Assembly (NCBI GenBank): GCA_047495785.1
Contig: JBLDXI010000007.1
Location: 1,674,001 to 1,738,000, forward strand
Origin: Lepidodermella squamata
Lineage: Eukaryota; Animalia; Gastrotricha
Direction of reading: 5' to 3'
Length of the DNA: 64,000 nucleotides
Shown here: in pieces, positions 48,781 to 60,833 of the stretch
How positions within the stretch are numbered: the first letter of the stretch is position 1
How the letters are laid out: each line of letters opens with the position of its first letter
The notes under the pieces: generated by a model
What the model was told of the DNA's origin: nothing
Databases searched by the model: none
What the model saw: the letters and a program-made list of their open reading frames with translations, nothing else
Position numbers and translations under genes: made by a program

Positions 48781-51626
48781 TCACTCATCGTCGAGAATGA
48801 GAGTTCCGTTGGGATAACGTGCATTATCAGCCAATTCGGGCGGCCGTTGTGGAAACAAGGCTGTGAGTGAGTAAATCATCGATAGAATGTAACCAAACAG
48901 AAATACTCGGTCGAGAACCATTGAAATCATGCGCCAGACTTCAGCACTCCGCTTATGCGTATCCTTATCAGCCATTTTCGCAATGAAGCGAGCAAGCATC
49001 TCGCGGATTGTCATGATTTCAACCCGAATCGCTAGCGCATACTGCTCTGGGTCGTAATGAGCGGCCGGCGCTATAGCCTTTCGACGATGAGATCGCTCAC
49101 TCTGCTGCAGCACAGCAGGTGCGGATCGGGCTGATCCTAAGATTTCTCCGGAATTCTGAGCCGACAGCGCCAGAATCTGCCTATCAAGCTTATGAAGCAC
49201 GGAATTAAGCATATCGGCAGCAGGTGAAGACGGAGTCGAGTGCATCTGAAGAGAAATGCTTGATTTTTCATTCAAATTTCGCAGTTATAGGTACTTACCT
49301 CAAATTTATTGTAGTGCTTCTTGTCGAATGAAGTTGAAGGCATTACCCCCCTGTGGCTGAAGGAATGACGAATCACGGGAGCTGGATCCCTCGCGCTGAT
49401 GAACTTTCGAATTTCAACTCTGCTGTTAGAACTGCTGTCACGGCCTGATGCCGAGCTATCAATTGTTGACAACCTAGCACTGTTTGATCTCTGCCGCTGA
49501 GGTCCGTAACGACGTGAATCCACCGTCGCTCCGACAAATACACCTCGTTTCAATGGGGAGATAGTGACGCTTGACCCCCTCAAACGCCGCCTGGCCTCCT
49601 CTTGGCTATCCCTAGTTCGTACCGGAACTGAGAAACTGCTGCGATAGGACTTACTTGATGGCCCAAGGTAATCAGTTTTCTGCTCGCTGAACCTCCCAGG
49701 TATGTTCAAAGTATCTTGCCCGCGGTCTTTTCTAATGCAGGATGGCAGGAATTCATCACTTGAAGTCGATTCGTTCTCAAACAGGCGACGAGATGCGTTC
49801 GATTTGTTCCCAGAATCCTGACTGCTAGATGATTCATCATCCTCGTCATCGTCATTAACCGTAATCTTTGGTACAGGAAACTCGTTGGCTCCGGTGGAGT
49901 CGAAAACGTTAGTTGGCACGCTTGTCTTTCTGCTGTCAGGCTGGCTGTCAGACTCGTGAATTCGAACAACAACGCAGTTACACATTTGCTCCGGAATTTC
50001 CAAGATGCTCTCCTTCAGAGTCACTAGTGTTCGATGTTTCACGACGCTGCCACTTCGATTTCGTAGGCGAAGGATTTTTCGGACGGTGCTCCTCTTACGG
50101 CTGCGCTCTTTTTGGTCATCGATGAATCGTGCTATGTTGGGTGGAATGTGGATAAGCATTGCTTTTGCAATCACCTCAATTATTATCTATAAAAGTACCA
50201 AAATTTCACTCAAATTACACAAGATTTTTCTAAAATTTACGTAAGTTATCCATCTACTAGGTGGATTTCGCTTGTCAGCCCGGTAATGCATGTCGACAAG
50301 TATAGCGCAGAAAAAAGTGGAACACGTTGTCATCACCATGTTGAAGCAATAATAGGCTCCTAGGGGAAATTTTACATTGGATGAATCATCATAATTTTAT
50401 TAAGGCGGACCTAATATTGGAATGCGTTTTGCTGTTGGCGGGGTTGATTCTTTCAAAAGAAGTAGCAGCATGAAGAAGGCGATGTAAATGTTGATCCCGA
50501 GAAGCATCTTCGCCGGTGTCTCCGGAGGCAGCATGAAAAGCACCATTGTGATGAAGGATAAAAGAACGCAAGGCAATACCAGGGTATAGCTGTAGAACGT
50601 CGCTCGGCGGCGCAATTTGAGGTAAAACGTTAAATCCGGATACGGCTCATTCGGACAACACTGAATGGCAAAATTTAAAGATTGCATCATTAATCCAACA
50701 AATTACCTCGTAGATGTGAACATTTTTCTTGGCATTATGTTCAAGAATGATCCATTCCTGAGACGGCATGTATTCACTGAGATCAATAAATTCCTTCCCG
50801 TCCATGAAGTACGGATCGAGCGCGTTGCCGTTGTAAGTCCAAGAGCCGAATTTCATGTGACAAGTTTGCTCATCGAACGGGAAATTCGTCGTATCGATAG
50901 CGCATGAGCTTTTGAAAATCACGGGTGGAATGTAAGTGACCGTTCCTATAGGATCGACTAATGCCATTGTGTTGCGCTGCTCGGTTAATCGCTCATCGGC
51001 GTAGTTGTAAAGAACAAAGTCTGGCTTCCAAATATGGGTTATCGGGACTCTAACTATGGTGATATTGCCATGATTTTTTGGATCCTAAAATACAAAAGTT
51101 GAATTCAAAATCGAATCAATATACGATTTCAAACCCATTGCAGTGATTCATCTTGCCATTTCTGAAACGGAAGAAATATATTACAATGGCTTTCTAGATA
51201 TCATTCATCCAACTTACATATTTGCACCATATGTTTGTCGTCAGGACCTGATCCTTGGCATCAACATTCATGATTTGAATAAGGCTGATGCCGTAGCCAA
51301 CTTTCAGGGTCTTATTCCTATATTGATAGAGATCTAGCAATCCATCCACCTTAAAATAAGTGAACTCACATTGATTTGATGGGCCTTCCGAATTTCCCAT
51401 CCACAGTGTAGTTATCCATCAACTGCTTAATTAGTCGCTTTTCAGCGCTCAGGGCTATGTTGACCACTTCTACACCATGCTCCTCTGAAATGATCAATTT
51501 GAAGAACATTATGAATAGAAATTAAAACTCACTTATAGCGGATTCGAGGGACTCGTGTTCATGGATCTCAGCTGCGAAAATCCACTTGACATTAAGAAGG
51601 AGTAGAAACAGGTAAATCCAGCCCAT
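48781..51626 (-). CDS. Nicotinic acetylcholine receptor alpha-type subunit with anion-type PAK motif (about 8 exons)
   Basis: Signal peptide MGWIYLFLLLL, WKPDFVLYN, Cys-loop CAIDTTNFPFDEQTC, KFGSWTY, loop C YE/CCPNEPYPD across intron 50706-50661, M1-M2 LPPETPAKMLLG, long M3-M4 loop, M4 VLDRVFL. Confidence 0.92.
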
Positions 51627-53119
51627 TAGCTTTTGGAGTGTTCCGAGGCCCTGCAAAGTGCCTTGGCCGAAATTGTACTGAGTAGCAGCTGGTCAAACGC
51701 CGAGAGCGGCTTTGATTTTGAGAGTCGCCGCAGTTTTGAATTTGACACCTGCATTAGCTCTAATAGCGAGCATCAAGCTTCTTGCATTTGCCCGAAATTG
51801 AAATGCCGCCCGCTAAGTGCTTACACACTTGAGAGTGAAATGACAGAGCGCGCGCCGTTACTGTATTTCTGGTTGATTTATTTACTGCGCCACCGTGTAA
51901 TAATCGCAAATTAACAGTGAGTGTGTGCGCCCACTCACATGTGTGTATGCAAATCGATTATTGACAGGGCCACAAACAACAAACAACAAATTATTATATT
52001 GCCTGATAAATGTATCTGTCCGCCGATGCTGCGCGGTCATTGATGCGTTGTGGCTGGCATGGTGGACGGCGGAAATAAGCCAATGTCAAGTGACAGCAAT
52101 TTTCTAATGCATTCAACTTCACTACCTTATTAAGATCAATCATGAGTAACAAACAAGTAAAGTAATCCTCACATGAAAATCGAAAGTTTATTCGCTTTAC
52201 GCATTAGCTGACGCAAAAAATTTAGAATACAAAAAAATCGACGTGAAATTAGCCATCTCAATCTCAGTGACACCCCTTGCATGGGCTTCTTTTACACACT
52301 TCGCACTCCGTATGTGATATTTGCGGATAGTTGCACAAGGAAGGCATAAGGAAGGCGATAACTCCACAGATGGAACCACGAGCGGCCACTTTTGCCGAGT
52401 TATAAAGCGTGAAAATTTGTCAAAATAGACATGTAACATGTATATGCATCATATTCAAACATTTCAAGACTAATTTATCAGAGATTAGTATCCAACTTGA
52501 TCAATTTTTTAAATACTGCATGGTTATTTTTTGAATTTCCCATTGAGACTAAATATACATGCCAACATTTTCCCACGAATTTCGTTCCCTTGCTGCACCT
52601 GTTAGGTCGCATGAATGTTTATTTGCCGGGTACATGAAATGAACCTGATCTAACGACGCGAACGACATGTTCACTATAAATAGATCAGTCAGATGTTCGC
52701 CCTTCGCTCGAATTGGCATTTGATAATCATCGATCGTTGCCTCGCAAATAGAACACTCTTTTGCCACTCGGCCGAAAAAATCCTTGCCCGTAATGCTCTC
52801 TCTGCTCGCGGCGTAATCGTAATGCAAAAGCCAGAAAGAAGAAGATAAAAAGCTGTTGAGTCTCAGCCAATTAGACCTAAAAAACTAGACTCCTATGGTA
52901 CATAATTCGGTTGTGCTCCCTTTCTGAATGACAGCACTGTATATGCTTGCTATTCCCTAATGAATATTGATATATTGAAATTCACGAAGCAGAAGGACAT
53001 TTCCCTTCCGACTTCCGATTCATTTGTCTTAGTCGGACATTTTGGTCCAAGTCCTTCCAATCACCTGGCTTCAGCAAGTCCAGTTCGATTTCGCTGAATT
53101 GTTATTCAACTTTGGGAAA

Positions 53120-54439
53120 ATGAATTCGTCTTCTCAGCCCGCTTACATAGGCGAGGCTTGGGTTATGGCTATTCTGCCGAATCGTGGCTACTACGAACCA
53201 AGGCCCTATTTCATCGGATGGTTTCATGACTTAAGCAAAACCACCGTAAGGGAACGATTAGGATTCCCGATCGCTTACTTGGCCATGGCTGTTCTCAGTA
53301 TAGTGACGAATTTCACCAACCTGATTGTCTACTACAAAAGGAATGTGCGACGAGATTTTCTTATTCTGACCGCGCTAGTTGCCACTTGTTCGATAGTGCA
53401 TGGAATCGTGCAAACCGTAAACATTTGGGTACCAGTAAGAACTGGGTTTTGGGAAGCTAGTGACGAGTTGTGCACGGCAATGTTTTGGATATCGGGTTCG
53501 ACCGGAATCCTCGGAACTTGGATCTTCATGTTGATCAGCTACGAGCGCAGGTTGTGCTTGTTATCAAACAACCCAAATATCCAGCCAATACTAAAAGGGC
53601 AAGATTCGGATCTAGATAGTTCTATCACAGTTGAAGTTCTGTCCGGTTTTAGGTTTTGGGATTGGCATTAATTTCCGCAATTCTGTCTTTCATTGCTTTC
53701 GGGATCGATGCTATCTATCCATTCAACAGCATGGCGGTTGAGGAGGTAGTGGTGCCAGGTCTAAATAATGGCACGGCTGTGAGGCTTTGTGGCAATTTCG
53801 AATATCGTTTGGCCGAAAACATCGACACCTCGTTGCTATCAGCCATTGCATTCAGTTTATGTGCAATCTTGATTCCTAATAACCTGATCGCTTACAACTA
53901 TTGGTTTGTTAGCTTTATCACAGCTTAACTTTAGTTCCTTATAGGTTCCTTATCTAAGGCTGATTTTCACTAAGCTACGGGCTGTTAATGCGCAGTTATT
54001 TCCAAGGAGTCGAACGCCAACCGGAGATTCGGCCGATAAAATTGCGATTCGGAACAACAAGCTGTTAGTCACCTGGCAGCGTCGAGAAATGTTCTACATG
54101 ATGCAGTCACTGATTTCGTTTGTCGCTTTCTCAGCTTTCCACATTCCTATCTTCACTTCGTTGATATTTACATTACTTTGGGCGTCGGATGGGCCGAATA
54201 TTCTGTCAGCTCCGATGCATAAAATGTTCCTCCTGACGTTCAACTTCGAAACAGCCATAGCCCCAGTTATTCAGTGCGTCCGCCCGGGATTCACTGACGA
54301 TCTACTCCGTTTCGGGCGACGTCTCACGCGCAAAAACTTGGCTATTTCGGCTCGAGAATCTGTTTTAGAAGACGTGATTATGCCTGAGAACGAAAGCGAA
54401 TATCCCTTTGTTCCAAGTTATCAAAATGACCACGCCTAA
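53120..54439 (+). pseudogene. 7TM receptor family copy 11 (apparent 1-nt frameshift near 53580; probable GC-AG first intron)
   Basis: Family motifs present. PANTKR is out of frame with the preceding NNP. Putative intron 53599-53652 begins GCAAG at the same position as intron 1 of copies 1 and 2. The frameshift could be a sequencing error. Confidence 0.65.
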
Positions 54440-55015
54440 CTTACACATCAATGTATCCTAAGATGAAATTATCGTGAATTTATGCTCGCCAAAATTTTGA
54501 ACCCGTTGTAGTTCCATCGCAATGGGAAAATATAGAATGAAAAAAGGGATAAAACTAGTCTTATCGCATCTGTCTACGGATGTGAAGCCACTTCTGAGTT
54601 GAAAATCTGGTCTTTCTGCGTTCTATGTTCCGCTATCGCAAGTCTCCATACTGACATTCCTCTGACGAGGAGAAACAGAAATGTAGCTTTAAATCTTATG
54701 AGCTAAATTCAATGAAAATAAGCCAATATGTTTTTACGTGCAGGTGAAGATATAGTTTATTCCGGCAAGGGCAAAGCTATCTCGTCTTATTGGCTTAGGA
54801 ATGTTCATTTAAGTTGTCTTAATCTTGAATAAGTAGATAGGTACTTCCTGCCCTGAACATATTCTCAGTGGCACTCCTTTTTTTGCTGTAACTCTGCAAA
54901 TTTTGTGCAAATTCTAAATCTTGAAATTAGGGATCTGCATGGGGAAAGAAGTTCATTTTCTTCAGTCAGTGTTTCAAGTTTTTGGCAGTTGAGAATAGCC
55001 ACGTGTGCTGTGACC

Positions 55016-55777
55016 TCAAGGGTCGAACTTGGGACGATTCGCCAAGTACTTCTCGATCTCAGGCGACTCGACAATGTGCTTGACAATCTTCGCAATGCCA
55101 GGGTAGTCACGCTCGACCTGCTCCTGTTCTACCAGCTTGTGGTCGCGGAGACCCTCAAAGATCGACGCAAGGCAAACAGCCGAGTACAAGTGCCTTTGAC
55201 CGTCAGCCAAAGCCGTTTCCTTGTGCTCCTGGACACGGTGCTCCATGAATGCCAGATTGCGCTTCAGAACTTCGTGCAACTTGGCCTTGTTAGCCTCGCG
55301 TTTCGCATCGTCTGACTCCATAACAGCGGCATAGGAGTGTTCAACGATTTCACGGGCTCTAAACCGGAGAAGAAAGTGAAGAATATTTATGTCGTTGAAT
55401 GGTTCAAACAAACATCTCGAAATGCTCATCGGCGATTAGTGCCAGATTGTCGCAGTCACCGGCAAGTTTGTGCCAGTGTGCAATCGTGCGAATAATCGTT
55501 CCGGTTTGAGTGATTTTGTGGGTTTTGCCATCAACCTCGACCTCAAGAACTGGGAGTTGACCGAGAGGCATAGCTGAAAGAAACACAGTTTTACCTAAGT
55601 CAAAAAACTAAAATTATCTAGCATACTTGACTTGACATTAGGCCACTCTTCCTTGTTGTAGCGGATGTCTTCCCAATCAGCTCCGGCGTAGGCCAAGAGC
55701 CATCGAATCGGTTCAGCACGAGCTCGCGCGTTGAACGAATGCAGCTTAACCTTGCAAGCTTTCTTTCCCTCAGACAT
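55016..55777 (-). CDS. Sigma-like glutathione S-transferase, 3 exons
   Basis: KLHSFNARARAEPIRWLLAYAG..EEWP..MPLGQLPVLEV..QTGTIIR..IEKYLANRP. Two short introns join in frame. Confidence 0.85.
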
Positions 55778-56424
55778 TGCTCGATAAAAAAATGAATGGA
55801 AAAAATAAGGTAAACTGCGATGAGGTAATGAAGTTCAAATAATTTACCGAAGGGAGGGCCTTTTAAGCCATCGTCCAGGTGGTTGGGTAAACAAGGTTGC
55901 GCAGTGCGGATCAGGGTCAATATTTAACGATGCCGCAAAAACTCGGCACGAGCAATTACAAAAAACGAGCAGGTAAACATTGGTGAAATTCTGCGAGTGC
56001 GTAGTCATCGCAATTTAACAATTAAGGGATTAACAGCTTTTGACCACGTGACCAGCATTTTTCCAAGCGATTACGTGGAAAAAATGGGAAACCTGTTTTT
56101 CTTCTCAGTTTATCCTGCGATGCGAGCTCTTGTTTGCTTATTTTTTTGCACGTTGACCTGTAAAAACGAGTTGAGACACATTATTGAATCAATGAATTGG
56201 CATTGTTTTTATCTCACAGCGCAACAGTTCAGCTTAAATACTTGGATCAAACAGGAGTTGTTACAGGAGTTTTCATACCTTCATATAAAACCTATGCGCT
56301 ATACGACAGCGATGCGATTTCGGCTGTTTTGTTGGTTCATCGCTAATGTTAACTGATCATTAGTTTAGCTACATTGTGCCTCACATGGTGTAGAAAAAGG
56401 ATTCGGTGAAAGGTGTTCGGTTCC

Positions 56425-56950
56425 AAGTTCCAAGACGAAAAAATCACTGATTTGTAAAATCGATATTTCGAATCCATATATCGGTTCTGAATTCGGCTGA
56501 AGTATACCGTATACCTAACTCTTACAATGGCCACTAATAGCGCAAATCCTCGTAATATGGAGATCTATCGGTTAGGCGTGCGATAACGAAACAATTGAGA
56601 TTCTAGTGAAGACGTGAAATTCGAAAAACCATATTTAGTGAAACTTTAGTGATAGATGAGCTTCAAATTTAATGCTGGAACCGAAAACCCTTCACTGTAC
56701 TTATTTCCTCCATAACCTTTGAAGTTCAATTTCATCTACCTGATACAATTACTTACGTGGAGAAATGTTCGATGCTGGCTTCCAGGACGGCTGATTTGTA
56801 AAATCGATAATCGATACATAAAATCGATATATAGAATCTGCAAGCTGGACCACACTTCGTAGCTGGGCCGCTCATAGCGCAAAATAGTCTTCATATTAGA
56901 AGATTCGGATTTTGTGGAAGATCTGGAATTTGAAGGCCATGTTTTGGCAA
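56425..56950. repeat. Degenerate direct repeat, two units about 340 bp apart
   Basis: ctgatttgtaaaatcgata near 56447 and 56791. ggcc.ct.atagcgcaaa near 56530 and 56866. Confidence 0.45.
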
Positions 56951-57812
56951 AATCTGGTCATGGATTCTCAAATAAGTTCTGGAACCTTATACTTAAGATT
57001 TGCACGTGCTCATCCATACTTTGGGAGAACTGGCTGACAAATTCGGCCCTCAATGTTAATGAAATTCCGAGACTCTGTCTCGCTCTGAAATTTTCCAGGT
57101 CATGGAAACTAATTATTCACCGTGCCAGCCAACGAAGTTGGTGCGATTGCTATAGAATAAATAAAATAACAATTTCCAATTCATAAATTGATGAATTGTG
57201 AATCAATAAAACGATATATCGCGACAGATAATTGATTTTCCTAAAATATTCCTACCCTGTAGCAGCAAATATGTCTTGGGCGGTTCTAAAATCAACACGC
57301 TTTATTTAGCATCAAACTCGATCGTCACGTCTCGCACATCAAGCTAGAGTCTTGACGAATAATCAATCACATGCCGATCGATACAGTACAAAACACGCTA
57401 CCTGGCTCTGTTTTGTTGAATCTTTGTTAATAATTAATACACCTTACGTTATGATTAATACTGCCGCCATGGTCTAAGGCGCTAGGATGTGAACGTTTTT
57501 TACGCTCCCCTGCAGGGCTGTGAAAGAAAAACAAATACGGCTTCCCCAAGACAGAAGGCGCTTCTTCTCAATAGCAAACGAATATCACATAACCCAGATC
57601 TTTTTATGGCATTTAAGCCGTTTGGGTCGCCATCGCATTCATTGATAAGCAACCCGAGGAGTCGTAGTAATAGCATTCATAGTATCAGCAGTTTCCTTCG
57701 CGACCGATTACCGATGCATCACGGAAGTTTCTCGGCCAACACCTCCCCGACTGGTATCAACAACTTCGACATTTACTCAGCCATGCGATTGGTCAACTGC
57801 GCTTCTTTCATC

Positions 57813-58521
57813 ATGTCACCGCCTCAGGATGTCGCCAGCCTCGTCGATCCTAACGAATACGAACCTCCACCGGCTAAGCGGCAATGCCAAAGCCATGATT
57901 CAGGTAAATTAAGCTGGCAGGGTTTGTATCTCTAAGTTAATGCTTCCAGAGCTGATACTCGAGTCGATAGAATCGGCGAAAACTGAAATTATGAGTGCGA
58001 TCAAGTTTGGTATGTCAAACCCAAACTCCCGAAAGGCTTCTAACGAGCATTTAGACCTGGCTGCGAAATTAGCCGGGAAGTTGCCAGATGCTAACGGAAT
58101 GGTTTGCATCGGCAACACGCCTAGTTACGAAATTCCTCTCAAAACAATTGCTGAAATCGAAAAAATTTCCGGATGTCCAATCACGTTCGCCCGAAAGTTG
58201 CTGGAGTATTTCGCTGTTAATGGCCAGAATAATGGGATTAATGAGGGCGAAAAGGTTGGCAAGCTGAATGGCCAATGTGAGGAGAAAAAAGCTCATCGCC
58301 AATTGACGAGTGACGATCGACTGCTAGCAGCTGTAACTGCGGAGACAATGTCCCGCTTTGAGACGCAATCTATGGCGTTGTTTCAGTCGGCCTTGAAAAC
58401 AGCGGTTGAGAAACGGCTGTACGCCGAGGCGATGTATCGGCGTAACAAGGTTACAGGCTCAGCTGCTAGCAAATTGAACGAGCCTTCGACGAGTTACGAG
58501 AAATCTGAAGCTGTAGAATGA
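57813..58521 (+). CDS. BEN-domain-like nuclear protein, 2 exons (start uncertain)
   Basis: PPPAKRQ NLS-like motif. Intron 57904-57949. TFARKLLEYF...G...RQL..DRLLAAV..ETMSRF...AVEKRL fits the BEN pattern by eye. Confidence 0.55.
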
Positions 58522-58935
58522 GAATGTATCGCGATTCGGACCTCTCCTGGTCATGATTTTATCCGAGTGACTCTCAATAATCCATTGTCGTCATTCTCGA
58601 TTCTCGAATTCTTAGATTTTAAATATAACAGTTTCGTGTTTTATTGCAAATAAATAATTCGAATTGTATTATTTGGTCGGTATTAGAAAGTTTCTCAAGT
58701 ACAGTGCGAGCTTTGAAACACAGCAAAGCTTCCTAGATTATTGAGCAAGAGAGTAGAATAAGAGAGCAACTTCGCACTGGAAACTTGAAAAACTAATTCG
58801 GAGCGTTTTTATTAAGTTGGAATTTTCAAAAATGTGTGTTATACGCACAAACCTAGCAATATTCGACAAAAGTTTTCTCCGATAGAACTTCCTCAGATCG
58901 GACTCCCATTTTTAGTGATAAATATATTCGTTATA

Positions 58936-60056
58936 CAGTGTGTCCGTCAAATAATATGAGCCTATATATAGCATTTTAATTGCGCCTGTTCACGAGTCGT
59001 GCACGAGGCAAAAAAAACGCAGCACTGAATGATAGTACAGCTATTGTTGTTCATTGCTGGAAAAATATCAATTATTGCTCCGCCAAAATTTGTATCATTT
59101 AATCAAGATAAAGAACATTCTTCGGAACGAAAGCATTAGCTTCGGGATTTTCACCTGCAAGCTTTGTACATTGCTAAAGTTTTGGGGACAACGAGTTGCC
59201 CTGAATATTCATGCAATAAGATCAAACGCGCAACAATGTCAACCTAATATCTGGAAAAAATATAACCATTTAAATAGCAAATTTTCTTATCCAATTCAGT
59301 TAAAACTGTTTGTACTAGCCATTGGACGTATTCTTGCGGGTATGTGAAATTCACGTATATAACGGTTAGCCGATAGCGCCCCGGATGCTACACAAATTGG
59401 CGAAAGCGACATTACCCCTTTATTTCAAAACGCGGAACTCATTTCAAACAGATTACCAGGTCGTAATGGAAACTGCTTTAGTTGCTTTCATTGCATTTGT
59501 TGCATTTGTTGCTTTTGTTGCATTTTATGCTTCAACGGCAGTTATTAAATTAGACATGTAAGATTACGAAAAAATTTAGAAAATGTCCCGCGGCTGTTGA
59601 AGACCCAAGTCGATGGGCAAGTCGATGTAAGCGAAAAAGGGGAAACCCGATTCCAAAAAAGCGGTTTGTAAAACTGGCCATGGCCGAATTCAAAATGGCC
59701 CTTGCAAAACAAAAAACTGAAACGGCTCAGGGAGAAGATGGTGATGACGGAGATGAACCTGATAATTAAGATAATTTTTAAAGGCGCGGCTCGTTAAGAG
59801 GAAAATATTAGCATTCCTGATGGTCAGAACATCACCTTCTCTATCACCTGAAAGAATTAAGACGAAGAAAGTTTAATCATCAACACTAGCTGATGCATAC
59901 AAATTTTAACTAGCAGTAGTAAATAAAGCTTTCGATTTCATTGACGTATTATTTTTTGCATCTCATGAAAAAAATGAGACGCCAGATCTGGCACGCGCCA
60001 CGCTTGCTGTTGCTTTTGGACTATAAATAGCCTCATATTATTTGACGGACACACTG
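58936..60056. mobile_element. Non-autonomous Tc1/mariner-type element (1121 bp), TA TSD
   Basis: TA|cagtgtgtccgtcaaataatatgag ... ctcatattatttgacggacacactg|TA, a 25-bp perfect TIR. No transposase ORF. Confidence 0.9.
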
Positions 60057-60833
60057 TATTGAACTCCGAAAATCAAAAGAGCTAGTTCATTTAGCCTTGG
60101 AGCTCTTCTGAAAGTAAATAATTTAGCTTCAATTTTCCGCTAAAATAGCAAAACAAAATTCGTCGAACAGTTTTTCGCCGAATTTAACCCCGTTTTCATG
60201 GAATTTTCAAATGTAGGATACAACGGACTGCCTATTTTACCCGAAGGGAATTGTCCGTGTTATTCTCTTTTCTGTTTCCTGGCAGAGCCTTTTGTGCGTG
60301 ATAGATTCACCTAACTCCATTGTCTATGTTTTGCGCATTAAAAATTAAATTAGGTATTGGAATAATTTTATTGTTTAGTCGATCGGCTCGTTTGTCGGCA
60401 AGTTCCAATCAATATTTCGGCCCTTTAATCGCCGATTACGTGTTACCCTTTTAACTATTTTACCAACATTTTCTTCTTATTTATCATGAATCTCAGCAGA
60501 ATCTAGGCCGGAATTCCCCATAAATCCGGCTCAATTTCCCGTCCAACATTTTCTCAGACCACCTGTACAGACAAATCGTGCATTGGGAAGTATGAAAAAT
60601 TTACGATCCCCACATATTGATCGGCATGTCACATGACGATCTACCCACAAGGTATCGCGTATTTGATCATAATTATTTTATTAATTCAAATTAAAGCAAA
60701 TATCCTCGAGTGAGCTTCCCTGGCGCAATCAGTGCGAACTGACCCACTTTTTGCAGCACGTGGCATTCGTCGCACTATTTTTGAGCTTTAATGACAGTTT
60801 GACCCAGATTTGAAATGCTAATTGCCCTACATT

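Noticed and set aside
52197-52827. Two short minus-strand ORFs upstream of the nAChR
   Set aside because: Could be exons of a small gene, but no family motif or convincing exon chain was found.
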